From a virus (Duplodnaviria > Caudoviricetes): 42,461 bases of DNA. A model generated the notes under the pieces. It ran no database searches. It saw only the letters and a list, made by a program, of their open reading frames with translations, and was not told the DNA's origin. A program made the position numbers and the translations under genes. How positions within the stretch are numbered: position 1 is the first letter of the stretch; each line of letters begins with the position of its first letter. The stretch is taken from IMG/VR virus record IMGVR_UViG_3300036798_000335, positions 1-42,461 of that record. One strand, 5' to 3'. This document shows, one piece after another, positions 1 to 8,185 of this stretch.

Positions 1-25
1 ACAGCGTGGCCGCCGAGCTGTGCGC
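1..25 (+). repeat. Terminal direct repeat (circular assembly overlap), left copy
   Basis: ACAGCGTGGCCGCCGAGCTGTGCGC at 1-25 is identical to 42435-42459, and the amidase frame continues across the join. Confidence 0.92.
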
Positions 26-542
26 CTTCGCGGAGTGGACCCCGGCCACCTGGCAGGCCCACCCCACCATGCTCAGCAACACCGCCCAATGGATTGCGGA
101 GGAGGCGAGAGCGTTTGACATACCCATCGTCAGACTCAGTGCCGCCCAGGCCCAGGATGGCCACACCAAGGGTGTGTGCCAGCACGTCGACTTGGGGGTG
201 GCCGGAGGAGGACACTGGGACTGCGGCCCCTCCTTCCCGATGGATCAGGTCATCGCCATGGCGCAGGGCGGTGGACCTTCCCCCTCGACCCCGGAAACAG
301 GAGACGAAATGATCGCATCAACCTCGACCGGGAACGGTTACTGGACGGCAACCTACGACGGGGCCGTGAGTGCCTTCGGGGACGCCAAGTACCAGGGCAA
401 CGTCTGGCAACAGCTGGGCCCCGGCACCAGCATCGTGGGCATCGCCGGCAAGAACAACGACGGCTACTGGTTGCTGGGATCGGACGGGGGCGTCTTCGCC
501 TTCGGCTCGGCCGGCTACCACGGTCGACCGGATCGGGTGTAA
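1..542 (+). CDS. Endolysin, C-terminal part (amidase_2-type domain end plus GYW/SDGGVFAFG repeats); starts at 42194
   Basis: In frame with ATG 42194. Contains ELC, H..lG...gH.DCG amidase motifs and C-terminal repeats GYWTATYDGAVSAFGDAKYQG and GYWLLGSDGGVFAFGSAGYHG. Confidence 0.85.
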   Translation, partial: SVAAELCAFAEWTPATWQAHPTMLSNTAQWIAEEARAFDIPIVRLSAAQAQDGHTKGVCQHVDLGVAGGGHWDCGPSFPMDQVIAMAQGGGPSPSTPETGDEMIASTSTGNGYWTATYDGAVSAFGDAKYQGNVWQQLGPGTSIVGIAGKNNDGYWLLGSDGGVFAFGSAGYHGRPDRV

Positions 543-880
543 TGCGCCCGGGATCGTTCAACCTGGCCCTGTACCGGGGCGATTCCTACCAGTGGGACTT
601 CACCCTGTGGCAGGACGCGGCCAACACGATCCCCGTTGACCTCACGGCGGTGGAAGCCGAGGCTCAGATCCGAGACCAGCCGGGCGGGCAGCAGATCATG
701 AACCTGACCTGCACCATCGCCAGCAACGTCATCAGCATGGTGCTGGCTGCCACCGACTGGCCCAAGTTCACTCTGATCAAAGGGGTGTGGGATCTGCAGC
801 TGACCTATTCCGACGGGACCGTCTTCACCCTGGTGGCCGGGGCGGTGCGCGTCACCCGGGACGTGACCGACTCATCATGA
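542..880 (+). CDS. Small beta-sandwich protein (BppU-N/LtfC-like fibre-associated)
   Basis: TAATG coupling to the lysin. Pattern NLALYRGDS..., [23 protein letters not shown]. Directly precedes the collagen gene. Confidence 0.6.
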   Translation: MRPGSFNLALYRGDSYQWDFTLWQDAANTIPVDLTAVEAEAQIRDQPGGQQIMNLTCTIASNVISMVLAATDWPKFTLIKGVWDLQLTYSDGTVFTLVAGAVRVTRDVTDSS

Positions 881-1653
881 CCACCGCCCCCGAGATCATT
901 TACACGGTGCTGCCCGACGAGACGGTGGTGGTGATCGACAGCCAACCGGTGACGATGGTCGACATCTCGGCCGTTGAATCACTGGTGACCTCGGTGGCCA
1001 TCACCGAGCCGCAGGGAATCAAAGGGCCTCCCGGTCCTGCCGGTGCGGCCGGGGCACCCGGACCGCAGGGCCCAGCGGGAGCGGCCGGCGCTCCAGGCGC
1101 TACCGGGCCGGCGGGAGCAGCCGGGCCTCCCGGTGCTGACTCGACCGTACCGGGTCCCGTGGGTCCAGCCGGCGCCACCGGACCGCAGGGCGCCACCGGT
1201 CCTGCTGGTCCACAGGGCGCTGCTTCCACCGTTCCTGGACCTCAGGGTCCAGCCGGTCCTACCGGGCCCCAGGGCGCCGCCTCGACCGTCCCCGGGCCAG
1301 CCGGGCCTACCGGGCCTGCGGGGGCGCAGGGAGCCACAGGAGCCCAGGGAGCTACCGGAGCGCAGGGCCCTCAGGGGGTACCGGGGGCTACCGGGGCCGC
1401 TGGTGCGACCGGGCCGGCGGGAGCGGCCGGAGCCACCGGACCACAGGGTCCCGTCGGACCGCCTCAACTCGGGCCCCCGGTCTGGGCTCGAGGATCACTA
1501 CCCCCCCGCGGGGTGCCGGAGACGGGGACCTACGTCGACTCGAGTGGAGCGGTGTGGACTGGCACGGTCGACATCAGCCAGGCCTCGGTGGCTCTGCAGT
1601 TCACCCGCCAATCCGATGGCGACACGGTGGTTATGCAGTTCACCCGGCAATGA
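877..1653 (+). CDS. Collagen-like (Gly-X-Y) fibre protein
   Basis: ATGA overlap at 877-880. Long GPA/GPQ/GAT triplet run with repeated GA(A/D)STVPGP interruptions typical of phage collagen fibres. Confidence 0.85.
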   Translation: MTTAPEIIYTVLPDETVVVIDSQPVTMVDISAVESLVTSVAITEPQGIKGPPGPAGAAGAPGPQGPAGAAGAPGATGPAGAAGPPGADSTVPGPVGPAGATGPQGATGPAGPQGAASTVPGPQGPAGPTGPQGAASTVPGPAGPTGPAGAQGATGAQGATGAQGPQGVPGATGAAGATGPAGAAGATGPQGPVGPPQLGPPVWARGSLPPRGVPETGTYVDSSGAVWTGTVDISQASVALQFTRQSDGDTVVMQFTRQ

Positions 1654-1826
1654 ACCCGGCCCGACGCATCGCCCTGCTCATCGTCATCGGTGCCGCCGTG
1701 TTGGCCCTAGCGGTGATCGTTCTAGCCACCGCTCGTGGGACTCAGGAACACCTGCTGGCCGTCATCGGCCTGTTGGGTGGGGTAGCCATCGTCATTGTCT
1801 CCCTGCCGGTAGCCAAGGGGGATTGA
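1650..1826 (+). CDS. Small two-TM membrane protein, possible holin
   Basis: ATGA overlap. Two hydrophobic segments ([20 protein letters not shown]; [18 protein letters not shown]). Lies at the end of the late operon near the lysin. Confidence 0.55.
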   Translation: MNPARRIALLIVIGAAVLALAVIVLATARGTQEHLLAVIGLLGGVAIVIVSLPVAKGD

Positions 1827-1961
1827 TTCCACCCAGGCCTGGCCCAGCACCAGGCCGTGGTTGAGATGACAGAGCCACACCCGGGTCGGGTCCTCGCACA
1901 AGGCCACGACGGTGGGCCCCCGTGGCCCGTGCATCCGGTCACCGACCTTGATCTCGGTCAT
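1722..1961 (-). CDS. Hypothetical protein
   Basis: ATG at 1961 coupled (ATGA) to the upstream gene. The 3' end overlaps the convergent membrane gene. Confidence 0.4.
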   Translation of the reverse strand: MTEIKVGDRMHGPRGPTVVALCEDPTRVWLCHLNHGLVLGQAWVESIPLGYRQGDNDDGYPTQQADDGQQVFLSPTSGG

Positions 1962-1990
1962 GGCCGCGTCTCCAAACTGTCGTTGGGGGA
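1958..1990. repeat. 33-bp direct repeat, copy 1 (copy 2 at 2506-2538)
   Basis: TCATGGCCGCGTCTCCAAACTGTCGTT(G/A)GGGGA with one mismatch. Spans a gene end and the next start codon. Confidence 0.9.
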
Positions 1991-2164
1991 CGGTTGATAA
2001 GTACCCATGTTGACCTCGCCTAGAGGCAGCAGGCACACAGTCGAATCAGCGAAGCACTCCACACAGATGGCGTTATCGGGGAATGCTGGTGAGGGTTCGT
2101 GGTCGTCCAGCAGGTGCCCGCACGCTTCGCAGATATGTGACCTCAAGTCGGCGTTAGGGGTCAT
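1958..2164 (-). CDS. Small Cys/His-rich hypothetical protein (MTPNAD...NDSLETRP)
   Basis: GGAGG RBS, CxxCxH and CxxC motifs, shared terminal motifs. Confidence 0.6.
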   Translation of the reverse strand: MTPNADLRSHICEACGHLLDDHEPSPAFPDNAICVECFADSTVCLLPLGEVNMGTYQPSPNDSLETRP

Positions 2165-2282
2165 CTGTCCTCCAGTTGAAGTAGGCCCGGCCCCCGACCT
2201 CGATGTACTCGATGAATCGGTGGAACCAACGGGTGATCGGACTGTCGGCGGGGATCACCCGGTCGTCTCCCCACCAGATCAT
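2154..2282 (-). CDS. Small hypothetical protein
   Basis: ATG at 2282 overlaps the stop of 2279..2509 and fills the operon gap. Confidence 0.45.
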   Translation of the reverse strand: MIWWGDDRVIPADSPITRWFHRFIEYIEVGGRAYFNWRTDDP

Positions 2283-2509
2283 GACGCGGGGGGAAGCCGG
2301 CGCATGACCCCTCCGGGCTGATAGTCCCCGCTGGCCATCTTCAGACACAGCTTGCAGTCCACCGGGTCATCGGTCCAGGAGCCATGCAGCGACTTCTCGC
2401 ACAGCGAGTAGTCGTCACCCTCGTAAGCGTTGCGGGCGTAGTGAACCCGGGGCTCTCGGCCGTAGCGTCGAGCCGAGGACCCACCGCGCAGATGGGATGG
2501 CTGCTTCAT
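2279..2509 (-). CDS. Hypothetical protein (VH..SLC..VDCKLC, probable Zn-binding)
   Basis: ATGA coupling, His/Cys ligand pattern. Confidence 0.55.
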   Translation of the reverse strand: MKQPSHLRGGSSARRYGREPRVHYARNAYEGDDYSLCEKSLHGSWTDDPVDCKLCLKMASGDYQPGGVMRRLPPAS

Positions 2510-2538
2510 GGCCGCGTCTCCAAACTGTCGTTAGGGGA
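2506..2538. repeat. 33-bp direct repeat, copy 2
   Basis: Matches 1958-1990 at 32 of 33 positions. Confidence 0.9.
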
Positions 2539-2721
2539 TAGGCGTTCCACCTCGGCTTGGAGCCGTTTGATTTCCTCGTCCTTCTCAACCCAAACGTGTC
2601 GGAAGTAGTCCATACATGCCACCAAAGCATCCTCGAAGGACTTGTGGATGTGGTCGAACAGGTCCTGGTAGGACGCGTCAGCGACTCGATAACGTCCCCC
2701 AGAATCGGCGTTCGGTGTCAT
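2506..2721 (-). CDS. Hypothetical coiled-coil protein (MTPNADS...NDSLETRP)
   Basis: ATGA-coupled operon member with a KDEEIKRLQAEVERL heptad. Confidence 0.6.
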   Translation of the reverse strand: MTPNADSGGRYRVADASYQDLFDHIHKSFEDALVACMDYFRHVWVEKDEEIKRLQAEVERLSPNDSLETRP

Positions 2722-2903
2722 GGCTCAGACCTGTCGTCATAGACAGCACGCCGTAGACGTTCGTTCTGTCTTTCCAGGGCTTCGACGCGGCGGATCAGCT
2801 TTGCCAACCGCTCCTCAAAGCCGTCCACCAGCGCCGCAGTCCGCAGCGCAATCGCTTGTGTCTGGTCGAGAGCCTGTCCCACAGAGTCGGCGTTCTGGGT
2901 CAT
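2718..2903 (-). CDS. Hypothetical coiled-coil protein (MTQNADS...)
   Basis: ATGA-coupled with a heptad pattern. Confidence 0.6.
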   Translation of the reverse strand: MTQNADSVGQALDQTQAIALRTAALVDGFEERLAKLIRRVEALERQNERLRRAVYDDRSEP

Positions 2904-3241
2904 GACTCGGCCAGCTCGTGAAGGTGGAAGGTGGTGTCGTGCACGGCTACGTAGTTCTCGGGTGGGGGCAGCAGCATGGCCATGGTGATGTCCTCGGGCA
3001 GGAGCTTGTAGCGGGCGTCAGCGATCTCGTCCCAGCGGGGGTACCGACTCAGCTCGCCCCGATGGTCGACGAAGGAGATGGACATATGCCAGCCGTGGGG
3101 CTCGTGGCTGACGATGGTGGTCAACAGCCCGTCGTTGACCCGACGCCGGAACACCTTGCCCTCGATCCCGTCGATGTTCAGAGGACGGTCGGGGGTCCAC
3201 GAGCTACGTTGTCTGGTCAGGGGCTGACCGGGCCGGCTCAC
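2900..3241 (-). CDS. Conserved phage hypothetical protein (WHMSIS...RYPRWDEI...YVAVH..TFHL)
   Basis: Motif resembles a widespread phage DUF family. ATGA coupling on both sides. Confidence 0.65.
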   Translation of the reverse strand: MSRPGQPLTRQRSSWTPDRPLNIDGIEGKVFRRRVNDGLLTTIVSHEPHGWHMSISFVDHRGELSRYPRWDEIADARYKLLPEDITMAMLLPPPENYVAVHDTTFHLHELAES

Positions 3242-3393
3242 GGTTTGCCCAGCTCGAGCCAGACCACATGACGGGCAGCCAGGTGGAGTCGTTCATTGTT
3301 GACCGGTGAGGGCCAGCGGGTGTAGTCCTGCTGGGCCAGGTACAGCTGGTGCTTGGCCATGCGGTATCTCCACCACCAAGCGATTGATTTCAT
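3238..3393 (-). CDS. Hypothetical protein
   Basis: AAAGGAG RBS before ATG 3393. Coupled to the next gene. Confidence 0.5.
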   Translation of the reverse strand: MKSIAWWWRYRMAKHQLYLAQQDYTRWPSPVNNERLHLAARHVVWLELGKP

Positions 3394-3395
3394 GT

Positions 3396-3596
3396 TCAGG
3401 CTCCTTTCTTCTCTTCGATCCAGCCGTGGGCCTCGAGGAACTCCCGAACGGCCCGGTTCACCACGTAGTTGATGGTCAGGTGCCACTCGTCCGCGGCCTC
3501 GCTCAGAGCGGCGTGCAGCTCGAGGGGCATCCGGGCCGTGGTGGTGACAGTGGTGCGCCTCTTCGGGGACCCCCGCTTCCGGGTCACCTCACCCAT
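3396..3596 (-). CDS. Ribbon-helix-helix (Arc-like) DNA-binding protein
   Basis: TTTARMPLELHAALSEAADEWHLTINYVVNRAVREFL fits the RHH pattern. GGAGG upstream. Confidence 0.7.
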   Translation of the reverse strand: MGEVTRKRGSPKRRTTVTTTARMPLELHAALSEAADEWHLTINYVVNRAVREFLEAHGWIEEKKGA

Positions 3597-3946
3597 CTCT
3601 TGATCCTCCCGTTCAGGACTGGACGCTTCTGGATCCGGACCATGTGACCCGGGCAGCGTCGGGGCATGAGCGGCACGTTGGTGGTGCAGAGCCGCCGGGG
3701 CGCCGGCACCATCAGCCTCAGCTCCCCGCAGCTCGAGCAGTGGTACCACTCGTGCCCGGTGACCTGGCCGTCCATGGTCCAGCGGGAGACCAGGGCCACC
3801 AACTGCTCGTCACCGACCCCGCTGAAGAGGGCATCTTTGAAGGTATCGGCCGGGCCCCTATCTGCTGTGAAGTACAGCAATCTCCTCTCGGCCAGGGCCT
3901 CGATGATCTCTAAAAGACTGACTTCAACTTCTGTGGGGATTTCCAT
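3584..3946 (-). CDS. Hypothetical protein with Cys-rich Zn-ribbon
   Basis: AGGAGG RBS; CSSCG...C...C motif. Confidence 0.65.
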   Translation of the reverse strand: MEIPTEVEVSLLEIIEALAERRLLYFTADRGPADTFKDALFSGVGDEQLVALVSRWTMDGQVTGHEWYHCSSCGELRLMVPAPRRLCTTNVPLMPRRCPGHMVRIQKRPVLNGRIKRWVR

Positions 3947-3968
3947 CTATCACCTCCTGGTCTCGGAC

Positions 3969-4051
3969 CAGGTCCGCACATCCGCATCCAGATGCGGACC
4001 TGACCCCAGGTCCGCAATCTCTATGTCACTTGGGGATGCGTATCTGGCGGA
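3969..4051. repeat. Cluster of (CAGG)TCCGCA repeats, candidate replication origin/iterons
   Basis: TCCGCA at 3973, 3981 and 4011, inverted at 3993. Intergenic, just downstream of the primase-helicase. Confidence 0.5.
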
Positions 4052-4089
4052 TCTGCCCCCCCCGAGTACGACGGAGATGGGCATATCGT

Positions 4090-6192
4090 TCACTTTTGGG
4101 CGAATGGGTGGCGGAAGACCACCCAGCCGTACCTCACATCGCCAGTTTTGAACTCGATCTGGTGGGCTTGGATGTTTTCCTTGGCCCTTGCCCGGTCGAT
4201 GGTTCCCTTGGTAAAACCCAGTTCCTTGAGCGATGACATGAACTCATTCGAGAGCATCTCTTTTCCCGGCGGGAGCATGTCGCGCATGGCCTGGCAGCAC
4301 GTCCCGAGCAGGGTGTCGGGCTGGACCTGCTCGGCGTTGAGCAGCTCGTCGGCGTTCATGTCGACCTCGTCGCCCCACTCCACGTAGGCGCACGGCAGGT
4401 CATCGTGTTTCAACAATCGAAACGACAGGGCCTTGGGCCGAGCGGCGGTGTTCACCTTCACCGGGGCCAACACCCGGATGGCCTCGTTGTCGGGGTGGTA
4501 GCCGATGGTGTGCACGGCGCGGGCCACCCCGGCGATCCCGATGGACCCGTTGCCCTGGTACATGGCCTTACCGGTGCGCTCCTTGCGTAGGTGGCGAAGC
4601 AGGAACACCGTGGTCTTGGTGGCCTGGGCCATCTCCACCAGGGGACGCAGAGCCCGGCGCACCGAGGCGTCCTTGTGGGAGTCCACCTCGCCCCCGAGGT
4701 AGGCAGCCAGGACGTCAATGATCACCATGGAGGCCCTGGTCTCCTCTACCTTCTTCCACAGGGGGGCCACGTCGAGGGGGATGATGAGCGGACTGGTCTC
4801 GTCGGTCTCCTCGCTGATGACCGCGTCGACGTGGATGACCCGACTCAGGTCGGCCTGAGCGGCCTGCAGGCGCCACACGGTGGTGTCGTCCAGGTCATCC
4901 TCGGCCGAGAGGAACAGGACGTAGCTGGAGTCCACTCCGGGCGTTCCGTCGGGCATGTCCCGACCGGTGGTAAGTCGGGCGGCCAGGTCCAGGCTCACCG
5001 TCGACTTGCCGGTGGCCGGGTCCCCCTCGAGGACCACCAACTTGCCCCGGGGCAACCACCCGTGCCACAGCCATTCGGGGTAGGTCCCGTTGACCTCCGA
5101 CACCAGCCGGGTCACTAGACGACTGGTTCCCACCGGCTTGAAGTTGATCTTGTCGATCCTCAGCTTCTTATTGTCACCGGCTTCCTTGAAGCCTCGCTCG
5201 AGGAGGTCGGCACGAGCCGCCTTGAAGTTGCCGTAGTGGTACAGCCAGGTGTAGAGCCCGAAGGAGTCCATGGGCTTGCGCAGCGGGATCCCGGTGGCAG
5301 CGTTGACCGTGTCCGACCACACCGCGCAGTGCCCGTCGTCGCCATACACGGTGGCCGACACCTCGTTGGTGGCCATGGGGTGACGCCAGTGGCTGTCCTT
5401 GGTGCGGGGGTCCTGACGCACGAACACCCAGGACAAGGACTTGAGCACTTCGGTGGCCGGCACCGCCTCGTTGAACCGGCTGCCGGCCAGGTGGCGAGCC
5501 GAGGTGTAGCGCTGTTCCACCTCTTCCGCGGTGGGCAGTGGCTCGAGGTGGTCTTCGATTTCCTCGGCGCCGTAGTCCCGGTTCCAACTGGCCCGGTAGG
5601 TGACCGGCACCCCCCGGTCCAGCTTCCAGTTCAGCGTCCCGGGCAGGCGCATCACCCGGTCGATGTTGGACACGTTGTCGACGTGGATGCCCATATCGGA
5701 GGCGAGGCGCTCCCAGGTGAGCTGCCACTGGGTCAGCAGGGGGATGGCCTCGGCGGCTGACAACGGCTCCTTCAGTCGCCACCAGGGCTGCATCCCGTAG
5801 CCGGATTGCACCACCGCCGAGGGTTGGAGCGGGAACCGTTTGACCAGGTCGACGGCCTGAGTGTGATTGGTAGGTAGGCCAGGCAGACGGTGGGCGGGAC
5901 CGGCGATATCGATGTCCAGCCAGAAGGCCGGGATGGTCTCGCAACTGTTGATCCCGCCCCGTTGGCCGTCCTCGAGCCGGTCGGCTCGAGTGGCCACCCC
6001 GAACCACACGTCACCCTTCTCGCCCAGGCTCTCGATGGTGGGCCCCAGCGCCTTGAGGTTGTCGACCGGCGCCCACTCCACATGGCGCCGGCCGTTGCCC
6101 TTCTCGACGCTGAACAGGTTGACCCAGCCCTCCTCGATCCGCCCGTAGAGCATCTGCAGCCACTCCAGGCTGTGATCGGCATTGACGGGCAC
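4090..6192 (-). CDS. Bifunctional primase (RepB/AEP-like) - RecA/AAA_25-type helicase
   Basis: N-terminal WLDID, SGYGMQPWW and RVMRLPGTLNWK primase motifs. C-terminal Walker A GDPATGKST, LSAEDD and Walker B MVIID. Confidence 0.85.
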   Translation of the reverse strand: MPVNADHSLEWLQMLYGRIEEGWVNLFSVEKGNGRRHVEWAPVDNLKALGPTIESLGEKGDVWFGVATRADRLEDGQRGGINSCETIPAFWLDIDIAGPAHRLPGLPTNHTQAVDLVKRFPLQPSAVVQSGYGMQPWWRLKEPLSAAEAIPLLTQWQLTWERLASDMGIHVDNVSNIDRVMRLPGTLNWKLDRGVPVTYRASWNRDYGAEEIEDHLEPLPTAEEVEQRYTSARHLAGSRFNEAVPATEVLKSLSWVFVRQDPRTKDSHWRHPMATNEVSATVYGDDGHCAVWSDTVNAATGIPLRKPMDSFGLYTWLYHYGNFKAARADLLERGFKEAGDNKKLRIDKINFKPVGTSRLVTRLVSEVNGTYPEWLWHGWLPRGKLVVLEGDPATGKSTVSLDLAARLTTGRDMPDGTPGVDSSYVLFLSAEDDLDDTTVWRLQAAQADLSRVIHVDAVISEETDETSPLIIPLDVAPLWKKVEETRASMVIIDVLAAYLGGEVDSHKDASVRRALRPLVEMAQATKTTVFLLRHLRKERTGKAMYQGNGSIGIAGVARAVHTIGYHPDNEAIRVLAPVKVNTAARPKALSFRLLKHDDLPCAYVEWGDEVDMNADELLNAEQVQPDTLLGTCCQAMRDMLPPGKEMLSNEFMSSLKELGFTKGTIDRARAKENIQAHQIEFKTGDVRYGWVVFRHPFAQK

Positions 6193-6194
6193 GG

Positions 6195-6641
6195 TCAGCT
6201 CTCAAACAGATCGGCTTCGGCCGCGCCAGTGGGTGCAGTCGGAGCAGTGGAAGCCGAGGGGAAGACGTCGCTCTCACCGCGCCCACTGGAATCGTGGATG
6301 ATCCGGTAGATCTTCGTCGGGTTGCCGTAGGCCGAGGGCCGCAGCTCGGTCAACTCGATGTCGAGAGTGTCGCCCTTCTCCGGTTGGTACATCATCATCT
6401 GGCCCTTCAGGTTCTTCGAGCCGGCGATGATCTCAGCGATGGGGTACTGGGCCTGCACCCCGCCCAGGCGGACGGCCACCCCGGTCAGCTTGTACTTGAG
6501 GGCCACCCCGTTGCGACTGGTGAACTTCGAGACGTCGTCGACCTTGCCCTTGGCCCGGTCCCCGATCTTCTCGAACTTGATGGTGGGTGGGTAGTTATCC
6601 TCGTCGGCTTCGCGCAGCTCGGGGTCGTTGTAGATACTCAT
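6195..6641 (-). CDS. Probable ssDNA-binding protein (OB-fold)
   Basis: Lies between the exonuclease and primase. IKFEKIGD..G beta pattern and an acidic/aromatic C-terminal tail (EADLFES). Confidence 0.55.
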   Translation of the reverse strand: MSIYNDPELREADEDNYPPTIKFEKIGDRAKGKVDDVSKFTSRNGVALKYKLTGVAVRLGGVQAQYPIAEIIAGSKNLKGQMMMYQPEKGDTLDIELTELRPSAYGNPTKIYRIIHDSSGRGESDVFPSASTAPTAPTGAAEADLFES

Positions 6642-7828
6642 TGGGCTTCTCCTTCGACAGTGGATCCAGGGAACAGGTGCAGCAGCTGGCCCATGGCCGG
6701 CGGCGGCGGGGGGAACGGGATCTCCCAGTGCTTCTCGACCTCGTTGAGCACGGCCTCGATGGCAGCGATGTCGGCCGCGCTGTGGGTATCGGACCGCTTG
6801 AGCGTGGCCACCCCGGCGGGCCAGGTGGCAGTCAGCTCGGCGCGGGCCCGCTCGTGGCGACCGATCACGTTGACCCGGTTCTGCAGCCACACCCGGTGAG
6901 GGTGATCATCGCTAACCTTCGGAGGTGGTGGCAGCGACTCGGCCAACGCCACCTCGAGCGGGGTGGGCTTGAACGGCTGGGACACCTTGCGGTTGCGCCA
7001 GTCCCTGACCCACATGCTCTTCTTGAAGGCCTCCCACCCGGCCTCCAGGTCGACCACATGCACCTCGAGCTGGGCACCGCCGGCGTCGAGCCAGAAGATC
7101 AATCCCCGCTGCTGATCCACCGCCGGCATCGGGAACCGCTCGTCCTGACTACCGTTGGCTGCCACCCCCTGGCGGTAGATGGCGTCGGCCCGGGAGTAGA
7201 TGGCCATCTGCACTGCGATCTGTTGCCAGTCGAGGTGACCCCCAGTCTTCAGGTCAGCAATGGCAGCCACGGGCCAGTCAGGGGAGTCCACCAGGACCAG
7301 CCGGTCGAACATCCCGGCCACCCGCCATTGATCGAGGACCACGATCAGCTCGACGGCCTCGGGAATCAATGCGATGCCAGCGGCCTCGAGGCCGGCCACG
7401 TAGGCCTGGATGTCGCGCTCGGTCTCCCGGGTCAGGTTCAGCTTGTGGGGTGGCTGCCCCCGATCAATCAAAGCAGTGATGGAATGCAGAGAGCTGCCGA
7501 TGTCACGTCGGTCGTTGGCCCCGCCCACCGCGGAACACTCCTCCACCAACTTCTTGCAGGTCTCCTTACTGCGGTCGTCGTAGTACCAGGGGTTCCCGCC
7601 GGTCTCGGCCATCAGCGCTTCCCACTGGGCCCGCAGCCCGGGGCGGGTCATCACTCCCTGCACCGTCATGCTGGCCTTCCAGGGCGCGATGCCCCAGGCC
7701 GAGCCGAGGGTGCCGGCGATGGTGGTGGCCCGGGAGTAACCGACCGGCTTCTTGCCGTCGGGGGGCACGATCATGTACCGCCCGTAGCTGTCCCGGCGGA
7801 CTACATCATCGGGGGCAACGTCGGTCAC
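6638..7828 (-). CDS. PD-(D/E)XK exonuclease (Cas4/RecB-like, actinophage type)
   Basis: RDSYGRY, YSRATT, GSSLH, AGMFDRL, IADLKTG and QMAIYS motifs. Confidence 0.85.
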   Translation of the reverse strand: MTDVAPDDVVRRDSYGRYMIVPPDGKKPVGYSRATTIAGTLGSAWGIAPWKASMTVQGVMTRPGLRAQWEALMAETGGNPWYYDDRSKETCKKLVEECSAVGGANDRRDIGSSLHSITALIDRGQPPHKLNLTRETERDIQAYVAGLEAAGIALIPEAVELIVVLDQWRVAGMFDRLVLVDSPDWPVAAIADLKTGGHLDWQQIAVQMAIYSRADAIYRQGVAANGSQDERFPMPAVDQQRGLIFWLDAGGAQLEVHVVDLEAGWEAFKKSMWVRDWRNRKVSQPFKPTPLEVALAESLPPPPKVSDDHPHRVWLQNRVNVIGRHERARAELTATWPAGVATLKRSDTHSAADIAAIEAVLNEVEKHWEIPFPPPPPAMGQLLHLFPGSTVEGEAQ

Positions 7829-7956
7829 CGTTCGCCCTCGTAGCCGATCTCGTCCCTGTAGCACTCGCACTCGTCGCAGACGCCCTGCTCGTCACGCTCT
7901 CGTTGCGACATGACCCGGCCGCAGCTGGGACACCGTTCGAAGATCTCGGCGGTCAC
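7825..7956 (-). CDS. Small Zn-finger protein (43 aa; not in the ORF track)
   Basis: MTAEIFERCPSCGR...GVCDECEC with GTGA overlaps at both ends. Confidence 0.6.
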   Translation of the reverse strand: MTAEIFERCPSCGRVMSQRERDEQGVCDECECYRDEIGYEGER

Positions 7957-8141
7957 AACTGGACCCCAAAGGCTTCCACCACCGCTGCGAGGTCCCGGGG
8001 GTCATCACTGAAGAAGGCGATCTGCATCGGGTACGTCGGCTGGGGATACCTCGGGTTCACCTCTTCATAGGTGAACGCGGGAAGGATAAGTAGCTTGGCT
8101 TCTTCGGACGTGCGCGGCTTAACCGTGCGGGATACACGCAT
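7953..8141 (-). CDS. Hypothetical protein
   Basis: GAGGAG RBS; coupled to the downstream gene. Confidence 0.6.
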   Translation of the reverse strand: MRVSRTVKPRTSEEAKLLILPAFTYEEVNPRYPQPTYPMQIAFFSDDPRDLAAVVEAFGVQL

Positions 8142-8185
8142 GGACTGACTCCTCAGATCTGGGAGCCGACCGCCTGTAGGTGCGG

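Noticed and set aside
1958-2903. Canonical integron
   Set aside because: No complete attC palindromes are visible and the integrase looks phage-type with an adjacent Xis and attP. Kept only as a cassette-like finding.
6638-7828. Cas4 as evidence of CRISPR adaptation
   Set aside because: It is a standalone phage exonuclease in a recombination/replication operon, with no cas1/cas2 or array.
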